A stretch of 64,000 nucleotides of DNA from an uncultured Actinomycetes bacterium (GCA_963704725.1 OY969934.1:2080001-2144000); one strand, 5' to 3'. Shown: positions 27,558 to 38,040, counted from the stretch's first letter. Notes: generated by a model not told the origin, from the sequence alone. Made by a program: numbers and translations.

Positions 27558-29309
27558 ATGCGGTCGATCCTCGAGCACGTGAGGACCGTCAGGACCAAGG
27601 TCCTGGCCGGCTTCCTCGCCATGTGTGTGGCCGTGGCCGTCCTCGGACTGCTGGCGCTGAGCCAGATGGGCAGGATCTACCAGGCCGGGAACGACGTCAC
27701 CGCGGTGCAACTGCCCATCGTCAGCGCCGTCACGTCGTTCCAGGAGGCGGTCCGTGACGCTCACGCCGCGTTGTACGAGATCGGCATCCAGGCGCTGAAC
27801 GACGAGCAGGACCTCGTCAACATGCTGATCCAGGAGTACAACGATGTGACCGCGGACGCCGAGGCCGCGCTGGCCAGCGACGCGATCACGAAGGACTTCG
27901 CCGACACGACGGCGTTCCGGTCGCTCCTGCAGGCATGGAGCAACTGGAAGAACTACGCCAGCAGACAGCTCCTCATGTCGCTCCAGGGCGGACAGCCTGG
28001 CATCTACCTCGTCAACCTCGCGTCCGACAAGGCGGGCGGAGGCGAGGCGTTCTACGGTGCCGTCCTCGTGGCCGCGGACGCCGCCGGAGAGAAGGCGGTC
28101 GCCACCGCCGATCGGCTCGTCGAGGAGAGCCATGCCGTGAACGCCGCGGCTCGCCGGGTCATCCTCGTGCTCATCGTCGTCACCGTCGGCTTCGCGCTGG
28201 GGGTGGGGTTCGTCCTGTCCCGGGCGATCTCCGGACCGCTCCGGCGATCGGTCGACGTCCTGCGGAGGGTGGCGCAGGGCGATCTGACCCAGCGACTGGA
28301 GGTTCGCTCCCGCGACGAGGTCGGTCAGATGGCGCAGGCCCTGAACACCTCGGTCGAGGCCACCCAGGAGGCCATGCGGGCGATCCGCGAGTCGGCCGTC
28401 ACGCTGGCGTCCTCCTCGGAGGAGCTGTCGGCCACGTCCTCGCAGATGAGCGCGGCGGCCGAGGAGACCTCCGCGCAGGCCAACGCGGTCTCGGCCGCGG
28501 CCGAGCAGGTCTCCAACAACGCGCAGTCGGTCTCGACCTCCTCCGAGCAGATGTCCACCTCGATCCGTGAGATCGCGACCTCGGCCAACGAGGCCGCGGC
28601 CGTGGCCGCCAACGCCGTCGAGGTCGCCGGCTCCACGACGGCCACCGTGGCCCGGCTCGGAGAGTCCTCGGCCGAGATCGGCGAGGTCATCAAGGTCATC
28701 ACCTCGATCGCCGAGCAGACCAACCTGCTCGCCCTGAACGCCACGATCGAGGCGGCCAGGGCCGGCGAGGCCGGCAAGGGCTTCGCGGTCGTGGCCAACG
28801 AGGTCAAGGAGCTGGCCAAGGAGACGGCCCGGGCCACCGAGGAGATCGGGTCCAAGATCCTGGCGATCCAGGACGACGCGACGGCCGCCGTGGAGGCGAT
28901 CGGTCAGATCGGCGAGGTCATCACCAAGATCAACGACATCCAGGCCACGATCGCCTCGGCGGTCGAGGAGCAGACCGTGACCACGAACGAGATCTCGCGC
29001 AGCGTGGGCGAGGCCGCTCGTGGGGCCAACGACATCGCCGCCAACATCACGGGCGTGGCGCGGGCGACGGAGGACACGTCCGGAGGCGCCGCCTCCACGC
29101 AGTCGGCCGCCCACAACCTGGCCCAGCTCGCCGAGGAGCTCGGCCACCTCGTCGGTCGGTTCGTCGTGGAGGACGGATCGGACGGCGACCAGACCCGGCC
29201 GGGCGGAGGCGCCTCGATGCACGAGGCGTACCACGTGGGATCCGCCACGCGCACCTCGCGCGGCAAGGACCAGGAGCTGATCGGGGCCGGCAGCGGCTCG
29301 AGCGACTAG
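27558..29309 (+). CDS. Methyl-accepting chemotaxis protein 2 (four-helix-bundle-like sensor)
   Basis: Purine-rich RBS, ATG 27558, two TM helices, same signalling domain as MCP1. Confidence 0.95.
   Translation: MRSILEHVRTVRTKVLAGFLAMCVAVAVLGLLALSQMGRIYQAGNDVTAVQLPIVSAVTSFQEAVRDAHAALYEIGIQALNDEQDLVNMLIQEYNDVTADAEAALASDAITKDFADTTAFRSLLQAWSNWKNYASRQLLMSLQGGQPGIYLVNLASDKAGGGEAFYGAVLVAADAAGEKAVATADRLVEESHAVNAAARRVILVLIVVTVGFALGVGFVLSRAISGPLRRSVDVLRRVAQGDLTQRLEVRSRDEVGQMAQALNTSVEATQEAMRAIRESAVTLASSSEELSATSSQMSAAAEETSAQANAVSAAAEQVSNNAQSVSTSSEQMSTSIREIATSANEAAAVAANAVEVAGSTTATVARLGESSAEIGEVIKVITSIAEQTNLLALNATIEAARAGEAGKGFAVVANEVKELAKETARATEEIGSKILAIQDDATAAVEAIGQIGEVITKINDIQATIASAVEEQTVTTNEISRSVGEAARGANDIAANITGVARATEDTSGGAASTQSAAHNLAQLAEELGHLVGRFVVEDGSDGDQTRPGGGASMHEAYHVGSATRTSRGKDQELIGAGSGSSD
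28314..29181 (+). repeat. About 868-bp direct repeat, copy 2
   Basis: Matches 26552-27419. Confidence 0.92.
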
Positions 29310-29321
29310 GAGCGAACCGAT

Positions 29322-29354
29322 GTGACGGGCCGGACCTCTGGCCGGACCCGTCAC
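29322..29354 (+). terminator. Hairpin between MCP2 and cheY
   Basis: gtgacgggccgg...ccgg(a)cccgtcac. Confidence 0.45.
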
Positions 29355-29369
29355 CGTTGACTGGAGGAG

Positions 29370-29747
29370 ATGGTGCGAGCACTGGTGGTAGACGACTCGA
29401 GGGCGATGCGCATCATGCTGGGGCGCCAGCTCTCCCGTCTCGGCTTCGAAGTGTTCGAGGCCGGGAACGGGAAGGAGGCGTTGGAACGTCTGGCCGAGCT
29501 CGGCCCGGTCGACGTCGCGCTCGTCGACCGGACGATGCCGGTGATGGACGGCGTCGCCTTCCTCAGGGAGGTGCGGGCCGTTCCGGCCTACGAACGCATC
29601 CGGGTCATCATCGTGACGTCGGAGAGCGACCCGGTCCAGATCATGCACGCGCTGCTGGCCGGCGCGGACGAGTACGCCACGAAACCGATCACGGCTGCGG
29701 GTCTCGCCGAGAAGCTGGGTCTCGTAGGGTTCGCGAAGAACGGCTAG
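29370..29747 (+). CDS. cheY: Single-domain response regulator
   Basis: LVVDDS, LVDRTMPVMDG, VTS, GADEYATKP. Confidence 0.9.
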   Translation: MVRALVVDDSRAMRIMLGRQLSRLGFEVFEAGNGKEALERLAELGPVDVALVDRTMPVMDGVAFLREVRAVPAYERIRVIIVTSESDPVQIMHALLAGADEYATKPITAAGLAEKLGLVGFAKNG

Positions 29748-30860
29748 ATGAGCAAGCCCCGCGTCCTGGTCGTCGACGACTCCGTCGTCGTGCGCCGGCT
29801 GGTCTCCAAGGCCCTCGAGCAGGATGGCTCGGTCGAGATCGCCGGGGTCGCGGCCGACGGTCGGATCGCGCTGACGAAGATCGCGCAGAACAAGCCCGAT
29901 CTCGTCGTCCTGGATCTCGAGATGCCCGTCATGGACGGGCTCGAGGCGCTCGCCGAGATCCGCATCCGATGGCCGAAGCTACCGGTCGTCGTCTTCAGCA
30001 CGCTCACCGTCCGGGGCGCGGAGATCACCCTCGAGGCCCTGTCGCGAGGCGCCTCCGATTACGTCCTCAAGCCCGGCCGCAGCGGCGACGCCGCCGAGAA
30101 CCTCGCGCGCGTCCGAGGCGAGCTCCTGCCGAGGATCTTCGCCCTGTGTCCGGCCGTGTCGGGCCCGCGGCGCCTGGAGGGCATCCGGCCCCCCGCGCGA
30201 CCGCAGGCCGCCCCCCGCCCCAGAGCCACCCGGCTCGCGCCCCGCGGCCCCATCGAGGTCGTCGCGATCGGCACCTCGACGGGCGGCCCGAGCGCGCTGG
30301 CGGAGCTCGTGCCGGCGCTGCCCGAGTCGCTGCCCGTGCCCGTCGTGATCGTCCAGCACATGCCGCCGGAGTTCACGCGGTTCCTCGCCGACCGGCTCGA
30401 CCGCCGGTCGGCCCTGCACGTCCGCGAGGCGTCAAACGGCGACCCGCTGGTGGCCGGTGACGTCCTGATCGCGCCGGGAGACCGCCACATGGTCGTGGAG
30501 ACGATGGGGGGCGGCCTCCAGGTCCGAACGCACCGCGGGCCCCACGAGAACTCCTGTCGTCCTTCCGTGGATCCGCTCTTCCGATCCGTCGCCGACACGG
30601 TCGGCTCGGGCGCCCTCGCGGTCGTCCTCACCGGCATGGGCAGCGACGGCCTGCGGGGCGCCGAGCACGTGCGCGCGGCAGGTGGCCGGATCCTCGTGCA
30701 GGACGAGGCCTCGAGCGTGATCTGGGGGATGCCCGGCTTCGTGGCCAGATCCGGGCTCGCCGACGCCGTGATCCCGCTCCGGTCCATGTCCCGGGAGATC
30801 ACCGACCGCGTGAACGCCGGACGCGCCTCCCTGCGCCGGGCCCAGGGAGCCTCGACATGA
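29748..30860 (+). CDS. cheB: Chemotaxis methylesterase (REC + CheB)
   Basis: GTSTGGP, VQHMP, RPSVD, LTGMGSDG, WGMP. Confidence 0.97.
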   Translation: MSKPRVLVVDDSVVVRRLVSKALEQDGSVEIAGVAADGRIALTKIAQNKPDLVVLDLEMPVMDGLEALAEIRIRWPKLPVVVFSTLTVRGAEITLEALSRGASDYVLKPGRSGDAAENLARVRGELLPRIFALCPAVSGPRRLEGIRPPARPQAAPRPRATRLAPRGPIEVVAIGTSTGGPSALAELVPALPESLPVPVVIVQHMPPEFTRFLADRLDRRSALHVREASNGDPLVAGDVLIAPGDRHMVVETMGGGLQVRTHRGPHENSCRPSVDPLFRSVADTVGSGALAVVLTGMGSDGLRGAEHVRAAGGRILVQDEASSVIWGMPGFVARSGLADAVIPLRSMSREITDRVNAGRASLRRAQGAST

Positions 30861-31705
30861 GCCTGCCCACCTCGGACTTCGACTACATCCGGGATCTCGT
30901 CCGCGAGCGGGCGGCCATCGTGCTCGAGCCCCACAAGGAGTACCTCGCGGTGACGCGCCTCGAGCCGCTGGCGCGGGGCGTCGGGCTCGGCACGGTCTCC
31001 GAGCTGGTCGCTCGTCTCCGCAGGGACTCGGAATCCTGGCTGCACGAGCGGGTCGTGGAGGCCATGGCGACGAACGAGACCTCGTTCTTCCGGGACCTGC
31101 ATCCCTTCGAGAGCCTCGGCACGGACGTGCTCCCCGCCGTCATGGAGGCGAACCGGGCGCGCCGGGTGATCAACATCTGGTCGGCGGCCTGCGCCAGCGG
31201 GCAGGAGCCCTACAGCGTGGCGATGCTGCTCGACGAGCAGTTCCCGGAGCTCGCGTCCTGGTCCGTGAGCATCCTGGCGACCGACCTGTCGGGCACGATC
31301 GTGGAGCAGGCGCGGAACGGCCGCTTCGGACAGATCGAGATGAACCGTGGTCTTCCCGCCCATCTGCACGTGAAATACTTCCACCGCGACGGCTCGCACT
31401 GGCAGATCGACGATTCGATCCGGAACCGCGTGAGGTTCAAGACGCTCAACCTCGTGAACGACTGGCCGATCCTGCCCGTCATGGACATCGTGCTGCTGCG
31501 CAACGTCATGATCTACTTCGACCAACAGACGCGGCAGGATATCCTCAAGCGGCTGCGGTCCGTGCTCCGGCCGAACGGGTTCCTGCTCCTGGGCGCTTCC
31601 GAGACGACGTCCAACGTCGACGAGGGGTACGACCGATACCCGGTCGGCAGGACGATGTGGTTCCGCAGGAAGGCGACCGCCTCGCCCATCGACAACTTCG
31701 CGTAG
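30857..31705 (+). CDS. cheR: Chemotaxis methyltransferase
   Basis: TNETSFFRD, WSAACASGQEPYS, RNVMIYFD. Confidence 0.97.
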   Translation: MSLPTSDFDYIRDLVRERAAIVLEPHKEYLAVTRLEPLARGVGLGTVSELVARLRRDSESWLHERVVEAMATNETSFFRDLHPFESLGTDVLPAVMEANRARRVINIWSAACASGQEPYSVAMLLDEQFPELASWSVSILATDLSGTIVEQARNGRFGQIEMNRGLPAHLHVKYFHRDGSHWQIDDSIRNRVRFKTLNLVNDWPILPVMDIVLLRNVMIYFDQQTRQDILKRLRSVLRPNGFLLLGASETTSNVDEGYDRYPVGRTMWFRRKATASPIDNFA

Positions 31706-31718
31706 ACAGGGGACAGCC

Positions 31719-32168
31719 GTGGAGATCTCCCAGGAAGACATCGCGCAGATCGTGACCGACATCTGGTCCACGATGCTGGGGCTCGAGGTCAAGGCGAGGA
31801 CCGTGCCCGTACGCGAGGTCGAGGGCGGTCGCCAGGTCTCGGCCTCGGTGCAGGTCACCGGCGAGTGGGAGGGGGCCATCGCCATCAACTGCCCCGAGTC
31901 CGTCGGCCGCCGGGTCGCCGCGGCCATGTTCGGGATCGAGGACGGCCAGGCCTCCGAGGCAGACGTGCACGATGCCATCGGAGAGGTCGCCAACATGACG
32001 GCCGGCAACGTCAAGGGCCTCGTGAGCGGCTACAGCCGGCTCTCCCTTCCCACCGTCACGGAGGGGACCCGGCTCAGCATCAGCATGCCGGGGAGCCGGG
32101 TGGTCCGGCGAGCGACCTTCGACTGCGGCCTGGACGCCTTCAGCGTGATCGTGCTCGAGAAGGGCTGA
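31719..32168 (+). CDS. cheX: CheX-type phosphatase
   Basis: DAIGEVANMTAGNVK (ExxN), LSLPTV. Confidence 0.9.
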   Translation: MEISQEDIAQIVTDIWSTMLGLEVKARTVPVREVEGGRQVSASVQVTGEWEGAIAINCPESVGRRVAAAMFGIEDGQASEADVHDAIGEVANMTAGNVKGLVSGYSRLSLPTVTEGTRLSISMPGSRVVRRATFDCGLDAFSVIVLEKG

Positions 32169-32178
32169 GCGCTCGAGC

Positions 32179-33060
32179 CTAGGTCGGGGACCCGGGCTCG
32201 GCGATCTCGGCGAGCGCGGCGGCCGACATCACGTCGAGCGGGGCCGGCTGGCCCGTCCACAGCTCGAACGACAGCGCCGCCTGATGCAGGAGCAGCCCGA
32301 GCCCACCGAACGCCGAGCCGCCGGCGGATCGCGCGGCGCTCTGCAGCGGGGTCACCGCGGGGCGATACAGGAGATCGACCGCCAGGACCTCGGGGCCGAG
32401 CGGCGGCAGCGGCAGCTCCTCACCGTGGCCGCCGAGCGGCGTGGTGTTCACGATCAGGTCCGGGCGCACCCCTCGCGCGGCCTCGAACTCCACCACCGAG
32501 AGCTCGGTGTCGAACCCGTCGAGCGCGGCGCGGAGCATCTGCACCCTCGCGGGATCGCGGAGCGCCACGGTCAGCGACCCCAGCCCAGAGCGGGCCAGGG
32601 ACAGCGCGCACGCCCGCGCGGCACCGCCCGCACCGAACAGCAGAGCGATCCGGCCGGCCGGGTCAAAGCCGGCGTCCCGATCGAGGAACCGGTCGAACCC
32701 CGGGGCGTCCGTGTTGTGGCCGGTGAGCCCGCCGGCCCCCGCGACGATCGTGTTCACGGCCTCCAGGCGTTCGGCGTCCTCGGTCCGGGCGTGGATCAGC
32801 CGGGCCGCGTCCGTCTTGTGCGGCATCGTGACGTTCGCGCCGGCGAAGCCGAGCGCCTGCAGTCCCGACAGGGCCTCCTCCACCTTGCCGGGCGGGACCG
32901 GCAACGGCACGTACACCCAGTCGAGCCCGAGCGCCGCGAAGGCCGAGTTGTGGATGGCCGGCGACAGGCTGTGCTCGACCGGCCATCCCATCACCCCGGC
33001 GAGGTTCGTGCTCCCCCGCACGCCCGCGCGAGGGTCGCCCCCTCGCGGGACCTCACTCAC
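32179..33060 (-). CDS. aroE: Shikimate dehydrogenase
   Basis: HSLSPAIHN, NVTMPHK, AVNT, NTD, GAGGAARA. Confidence 0.95.
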   Translation of the reverse strand: MSEVPRGGDPRAGVRGSTNLAGVMGWPVEHSLSPAIHNSAFAALGLDWVYVPLPVPPGKVEEALSGLQALGFAGANVTMPHKTDAARLIHARTEDAERLEAVNTIVAGAGGLTGHNTDAPGFDRFLDRDAGFDPAGRIALLFGAGGAARACALSLARSGLGSLTVALRDPARVQMLRAALDGFDTELSVVEFEAARGVRPDLIVNTTPLGGHGEELPLPPLGPEVLAVDLLYRPAVTPLQSAARSAGGSAFGGLGLLLHQAALSFELWTGQPAPLDVMSAAALAEIAEPGSPT

Positions 33061-34129
33061 CGCAGGTGGCCCGGTTCTGCTCGTGCCCGGCGAGCGTCGT
33101 GGCGAACTCGTGGTGTCCGTCCGCCCCGCACAGCACGTAGTAGAGGAAGTCGGTGTCGGCCGGGTTCAGCGCCGCCCGGAGCGAGGCGAGGCCCGGGCTC
33201 GCGATCGGCGTGGGCGGCAGCCCGAGGCGGATCCGGGTGTTGTACGGCGTGTCGGTCTCGAGGTCCGAGGTCGAGAGCTGGCCGTCGGGCGTGGGGTCGG
33301 CGTACAGGAGCGTGGCGTCGATCCCGAGCGGCATCCCGAGGTCCAGCCGGTTGTAGATGACGCCCGCGATGACCGGCCGCTCCCTGTCGAGCTTGGCCTC
33401 CTTCTCGATCATCGAGGCGATCGTGACGATCTCGTAGGGCGTGACCCCGAGCCGCTCGGCGTTGTCCCAGGGAAGCGACTCGGCCTCGGCTCCGAACTGC
33501 TCGAGGAGCTTGTCGATCACGTCGTCGGGCGTCGTCCGGCCCTCGAAGAACTCGTAGGTCTCGGGGAACAGGAACCCCTCCAGGCTGGTGGCATCGGCCG
33601 GGAGGTACGGCGGCAAGGAGGCGGCGCTGTCCTGCACCGCCTTCATGAACCGCTTCGCCGGGATCCCCAGGTCCTCCTCGACCCGATCGGCGATCTGCGT
33701 GAGCCGGTAGCCCTCGGGGATCGTGAGCCGGACGGTCGGGGCGGGCGTCGGGGCCGTCGTCAGTGCCGCGAACGCCTCGTCCGGCGTCATGTTGGTGGTG
33801 AGCTCGAAGTCGCCGGCCCGGAAGTCGCTCTCGAGCCCGCTGCGCCGCAGGAGCCACTTCGACACCAGGCCGCACCGCAGCACGCCCTGCTCGTGGAGGC
33901 GGTCGACGATCGCGGAGCCGCTGTCTCCCTCCTCCACGTGGATGGACGCCGGCTCGCGCGGTCCCGACGCCGACTGGCACCAGTCGTAGTACCGGACCGC
34001 GGCGACGCCCAGGCCACCCAGGATCAGCAGGAGAACCAGGCTGATGCGGAGCCCCCAGTGCCTGTGGCGGCCGGCTCGATGGCGGCCGGAGGAGGGGGCG
34101 TCGGTGCGGGGCGGCGCGGTCTCCTGCAT
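33053..34129 (-). CDS. mltG: Endolytic transglycosylase
   Basis: TM anchor, TIPEG, LEGFLFPETY, ASMIEKE, YNRL, GLPPTPI. Confidence 0.95.
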   Translation of the reverse strand: MQETAPPRTDAPSSGRHRAGRHRHWGLRISLVLLLILGGLGVAAVRYYDWCQSASGPREPASIHVEEGDSGSAIVDRLHEQGVLRCGLVSKWLLRRSGLESDFRAGDFELTTNMTPDEAFAALTTAPTPAPTVRLTIPEGYRLTQIADRVEEDLGIPAKRFMKAVQDSAASLPPYLPADATSLEGFLFPETYEFFEGRTTPDDVIDKLLEQFGAEAESLPWDNAERLGVTPYEIVTIASMIEKEAKLDRERPVIAGVIYNRLDLGMPLGIDATLLYADPTPDGQLSTSDLETDTPYNTRIRLGLPPTPIASPGLASLRAALNPADTDFLYYVLCGADGHHEFATTLAGHEQNRATCGE

Positions 34130-34184
34130 CGGTCAGGGAGCATACCCGTGGGCTCGGAGCCCACGCGGACCGCCGGTCGGCGGG

Positions 34185-34607
34185 CTACCGCGCACGTCCG
34201 TCGAGCCACGACTGGAGGATCACCGTGGCCGCCGAGCGGTCCACGTTCCGGCGACGGTCGCGACCTCCGGCGCCCGCCGCGCGGAGGGCGCGCTCGGCCT
34301 CGACGGTCGACAGGCGCTCGTCGTGCAGCTCGACCGGGACGGCCAGGAACCCGCCGAGGGCCTGGGCGAAGCGTTCGGCGTGATGGGCTCGCTCCCCCGC
34401 CTCGCCCGACAGCAGCAACGGGTGCCCCACCACGACGAGCGTGACGTCGTGCTCCCGGACGAGCTCGGCGATCGCCTTGACGTCGGCGGGGGCGCCGGTC
34501 CGAACCGTGCCGAGCGGGACCGCCAGGCGGCGCTCGTCGTCGGAGATGGCCACGCCGATCCGGGCGTCGCCGAGATCGAGGCCGAGGACGCGGCCCCGCG
34601 GGCTCAT
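34185..34607 (-). CDS. ruvX: YqgF/RuvX nuclease
   Basis: LGLDLGDARIGVA, DERLST, VDRSAATVILQ. Confidence 0.95.
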   Translation of the reverse strand: MSPRGRVLGLDLGDARIGVAISDDERRLAVPLGTVRTGAPADVKAIAELVREHDVTLVVVGHPLLLSGEAGERAHHAERFAQALGGFLAVPVELHDERLSTVEAERALRAAGAGGRDRRRNVDRSAATVILQSWLDGRAR

Positions 34608-37225
34608 CGCCGGCGCAGGAGCTCTTCCAGCCGGACGGCCACCGCGTCGAGGGCCTCCCGGTACGCGCCCCCCCTCGGGCCGCCGGAGAACGCGAGCCCG
34701 GGCTGGCCGCCCGCGCCGCCGCCGACGATCTTGGCCGCCTGATCCAACAGCTGCGGCGCCGAGATCCCACGGGCCTGCAGGTTCTTCGACACGGCGGCGA
34801 CGAGGAGGGCCTTGCCGCCCTGGCCCGTCCCCAGCACGACCGCCGCGCCGCCCTCGTTCTCGAGCCGGTTCGCGACGTCGGGCGCGAGCGCTCGCAGCTC
34901 GTCCGCCGTGGCATCGTGGGTGGCGGTGACCAGCCGGGCCCCGTCGACGTCCCGCGCGGCGGCCGTGAGCTCGACGGCGCGCTCGTGCTGCTGTTGCTTG
35001 TCCTTCTTCCCCTGCTCGGACTCGAGGCGTTTCACGCGCTCGACGAGCTGCCGGGCGCGGTCGGCCGCGGCTTTGGGGTCGGTGCCGAGGATCTCGGCGA
35101 CCGCCCGGAGGGTCTCGCGCTCGACGTTGATCTCGCGCAGGGCGTCGGGGCCGACCAGGGCCTCCACCCGGCGCATCCCCGCACCGATCGAGCCCTCGTG
35201 CAGGATCCGCACCACCCCGATGTGGCCGGTGTGGTGCACGTGCGTGCCCCCGCAGAGCTCGATCGAGTAGTCGCCGACCTCGACGACGCGGACGAAGTCG
35301 CCGTACTTCTCGCCGAACAGCGCGACCGCGCCCTGGTTCTTGGCCTCGTCGAACGTGGTCTCGTAGATCGTCACCTGATCGTCGGCGGACGTCTTGGCGT
35401 TCGCGATCTCCTCGGCCTGCTCGAGCGCGTCCCATCCCACGGCCGCGTGATGCGGGAAGTCGAACCGCAGGCGGCCCGGCGCGACGAGCGACCCCGCCTG
35501 CCGGGCGTGCTCGCCGAGCAGGTGCTTCAGCGTCCAGTGCACGACGTGCGTCGCCGTGTGAGCGCGCGCGGTCGCCTCGCGACGGGCCTCGTCGACCTCG
35601 CCGTGGGCCTCCTCGCCGGCGCGGACCTCGCCGGAGTCCACGACGCCCGAGTGCACGAAGACGTCGCCCGGCCCGAGCTGCACGTCCGTGATGCGGATCG
35701 CGCCGCCGGGCGTGCGCACGGTGCCCTGATCGCCGATCTGCCCGCCGGACTCCGCGTAGAAGGGCGTGCGGTCCAGGACGAGGCGGACCTCGTCGCCCTC
35801 CTGCGCCACGTCGGTCCGACCGCCCTCCCCGAGGAGCGCGAGGAGCTTCGCGTCGGCCTGGAGTCGCTCGTACCCGAGGAACTCCGTCCTGCCGAACTCG
35901 GTCGCCACCGCCGCCAGGTCCTCCTCCGTCCGGCCCTTCTTCGCCGCGCGCTGGGCGCGCTCCCGCTGTTCGTGCATGAGCTCGTCGAAGCGGCCCTCGT
36001 CGATCTCCAGCCCGGCGTCCTCGGCCAGCTCTCGCGTGAGCTCCTTGGGGAATCCGTAGGTGTCGTGGAGCTTGAAGACCACGTCGCCCGAGAGCCGCCG
36101 ATCCCCCGGCGCGGTCCCCACCGCCTGCTCGAACAGCGTCATGCCCTGCCGCAGCGTCCCGCCGAACCGCTCCTCCTCGGACGCGGCGACCTGCTCGACG
36201 TAGGCCCGATTCTCGACGAGCTCGGGATAGGCGTCGCCGAACTCCTCCACCGTCCGCGCCACGAGCGCCGGCATGACCTCGCGCTCGATGCCGAGCCTCC
36301 GCGCGTGGCTCACGACGCGCCGGAGCATGCGCCGCAGGAGGTAGCCGCGACCCTCGTTCGAGGGCTGGACGCCGTCCGCGATGAGGAACGTGGTGGCGCG
36401 CCCGTGCTCCGCGACCACCTTGAGCGAGACGTCGGATCGATCGTCCGCCCCGTAGGAGCGACCCGACACCGACTCGACGACCTCGAGCATGGGCCGCATC
36501 AGGTCGGTCTCGAAGTAGTTGTCCTTGTCCTGGAGCACCGTCGCCACGCGCTCGAGGCTCGATCCCGTGTCGATGTTCTTGGCGGGCAGGTCTCGCAGGA
36601 TCGTCCGGGAGTCGTCCACCTGGTCCTGCATGAACACGTGGTTCCAGATCTCGATGTAGCGCTCCTCGTCCACGGCCGGCCCGCCCTCGGGCCCGTACCT
36701 CGCGCCGCGATCGACGTAGATCTCCGAGCACGGGCCGGCCGGACCCGCGGCGTGCGTCCACCAGTAGTTGTCGTCCACGCCGCGCCGAACGATCCGCTCG
36801 CGGGGGACCCCGATGTCGAGCCAGACGTCGATGGCCTCGTCGTCGGTCTCGAACACCGTGACCCACAGCCGGCCGGGGTCGATCCCCCACACCCCGGTCA
36901 CGAGCTCGAAGCCCCAGCCGCACGACTCGCGCTTGAAGTAGTCGCCGAACGAGAAGTTCCCGAGCATCTCGAACATCGACAGGTGGCGGGCGGTGTGACC
37001 GACGAGGTCGATGTCCACGGCCCGGAAGCACTTCTGGACGGTCGTAGCCCGCGCGAACGGCGCGGGGGCGTGACCCAGGAAGTAGGGGATGAACTGGTTC
37101 ATCCCGGCGTTCGTGAGCAGGAGCCCGGATTCCGGCGGCGGGATCAGCGACGACGAGGGCACGACGCGGTGGCCGCGCTCCTCGAAGAAGCGCAGAAACG
37201 ACTCGCGGACGCGGCGGCCCTCCAT
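34604..37225 (-). CDS. alaS: Alanine--tRNA ligase
   Basis: TNAGMNQF, EMLGNFSFGDYFK, HTATH, ELCGGTH. Confidence 0.98.
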   Translation of the reverse strand: MEGRRVRESFLRFFEERGHRVVPSSSLIPPPESGLLLTNAGMNQFIPYFLGHAPAPFARATTVQKCFRAVDIDLVGHTARHLSMFEMLGNFSFGDYFKRESCGWGFELVTGVWGIDPGRLWVTVFETDDEAIDVWLDIGVPRERIVRRGVDDNYWWTHAAGPAGPCSEIYVDRGARYGPEGGPAVDEERYIEIWNHVFMQDQVDDSRTILRDLPAKNIDTGSSLERVATVLQDKDNYFETDLMRPMLEVVESVSGRSYGADDRSDVSLKVVAEHGRATTFLIADGVQPSNEGRGYLLRRMLRRVVSHARRLGIEREVMPALVARTVEEFGDAYPELVENRAYVEQVAASEEERFGGTLRQGMTLFEQAVGTAPGDRRLSGDVVFKLHDTYGFPKELTRELAEDAGLEIDEGRFDELMHEQRERAQRAAKKGRTEEDLAAVATEFGRTEFLGYERLQADAKLLALLGEGGRTDVAQEGDEVRLVLDRTPFYAESGGQIGDQGTVRTPGGAIRITDVQLGPGDVFVHSGVVDSGEVRAGEEAHGEVDEARREATARAHTATHVVHWTLKHLLGEHARQAGSLVAPGRLRFDFPHHAAVGWDALEQAEEIANAKTSADDQVTIYETTFDEAKNQGAVALFGEKYGDFVRVVEVGDYSIELCGGTHVHHTGHIGVVRILHEGSIGAGMRRVEALVGPDALREINVERETLRAVAEILGTDPKAAADRARQLVERVKRLESEQGKKDKQQQHERAVELTAAARDVDGARLVTATHDATADELRALAPDVANRLENEGGAAVVLGTGQGGKALLVAAVSKNLQARGISAPQLLDQAAKIVGGGAGGQPGLAFSGGPRGGAYREALDAVAVRLEELLRRR

Positions 37226-37267
37226 AGGAAGGAGAGTCTAGCGGCGACCCGTCGACGGCTCGGCCGG

Positions 37268-37427
37268 TCAGGTGCCCAGGACCGCGAACCCGAGCGAGCG
37301 CGCCGCCTGGGCCAGGCGGAGGTCGAACGTGACGATCGGGAGCGAGCGAGCACCGGCTCGCTCGGCCGCGGCGAGGTGGAGCGCATCCAGCGTTCGCGCA
37401 CCGGCGACCGACCCGAGAGCGGCGGCC
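37268..37427 (-). pseudogene. 3' remnant of a second vapC
   Basis: Manual translation AAALGSVAGARTLDALHLAAAERAGARSLPIVTFDLRLAQAARSLGFAVLGT*; no start or N-terminal half. Confidence 0.75.
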
Positions 37428-37649
37428 TCAGAGCTTCCGGAGCTCGTCTTCCTTCTCGCGCATCGCCCGGCGGCCCTCGTCGATCGACTCCGAGACCAGC
37501 TTGGCCAGGTCCATGAGACCGCCTCGGGCCTCCCGGGCGAGGTTGGCGGGGGCCACCCTCTGCGCCTGCCTACGCGCGAACCGGAGCGTCATGACGGCGC
37601 CCGTGGCTCCGGCGCCCAACCCGAGGGCCAGCCAGAAGATCCGCCTCAT
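37428..37649 (-). CDS. Small membrane-anchored protein conserved upstream of alaS in Actinomycetota
   Basis: MRRIFWLALGLGAGA..GRRAMREKEDELR. Confidence 0.75.
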   Translation of the reverse strand: MRRIFWLALGLGAGATGAVMTLRFARRQAQRVAPANLAREARGGLMDLAKLVSESIDEGRRAMREKEDELRKL

Positions 37650-37659
37650 GGTTCGAGCG

Positions 37660-38040
37660 TCACTTGTCCTTCTTCTTCTTGAACCGGTTCGCCGCCCGGC
37701 TCAGCCCGGCGCCCATCGAGATGATCCTGACGATCGGCCCGGCCGCGGCCTGCTCGACCAGCCCGGCGATCCGGGAGACGCGCTGGACGATCTCCCCCGC
37801 CGAGACGAGCATCCCGTCCACGCGATCGAGCTCCCGGTTGGCGCGCTCGACCGAGCCCTTCACCTCACCCAGCAGCGGCACGGTCTCCTCGCGGATCCCG
37901 TCGATCAGGACCTTGGTGCTCTCCAGCACCCGGAAGGTGTTGATCAGGACGACGCACAGGAACAGGACCAACAGGCCCCAGAAGGCGGAGAGGACGATGA
38001 GGGCGACGTCTCCCCCGTCGAGCGCGGCGATCACGGCCAT
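37660..38040 (-). CDS. DUF948-like membrane protein
   Basis: N-terminal TM helix plus heptad region; usual position before alaS. Confidence 0.8.
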   Translation of the reverse strand: MAVIAALDGGDVALIVLSAFWGLLVLFLCVVLINTFRVLESTKVLIDGIREETVPLLGEVKGSVERANRELDRVDGMLVSAGEIVQRVSRIAGLVEQAAAGPIVRIISMGAGLSRAANRFKKKKDK

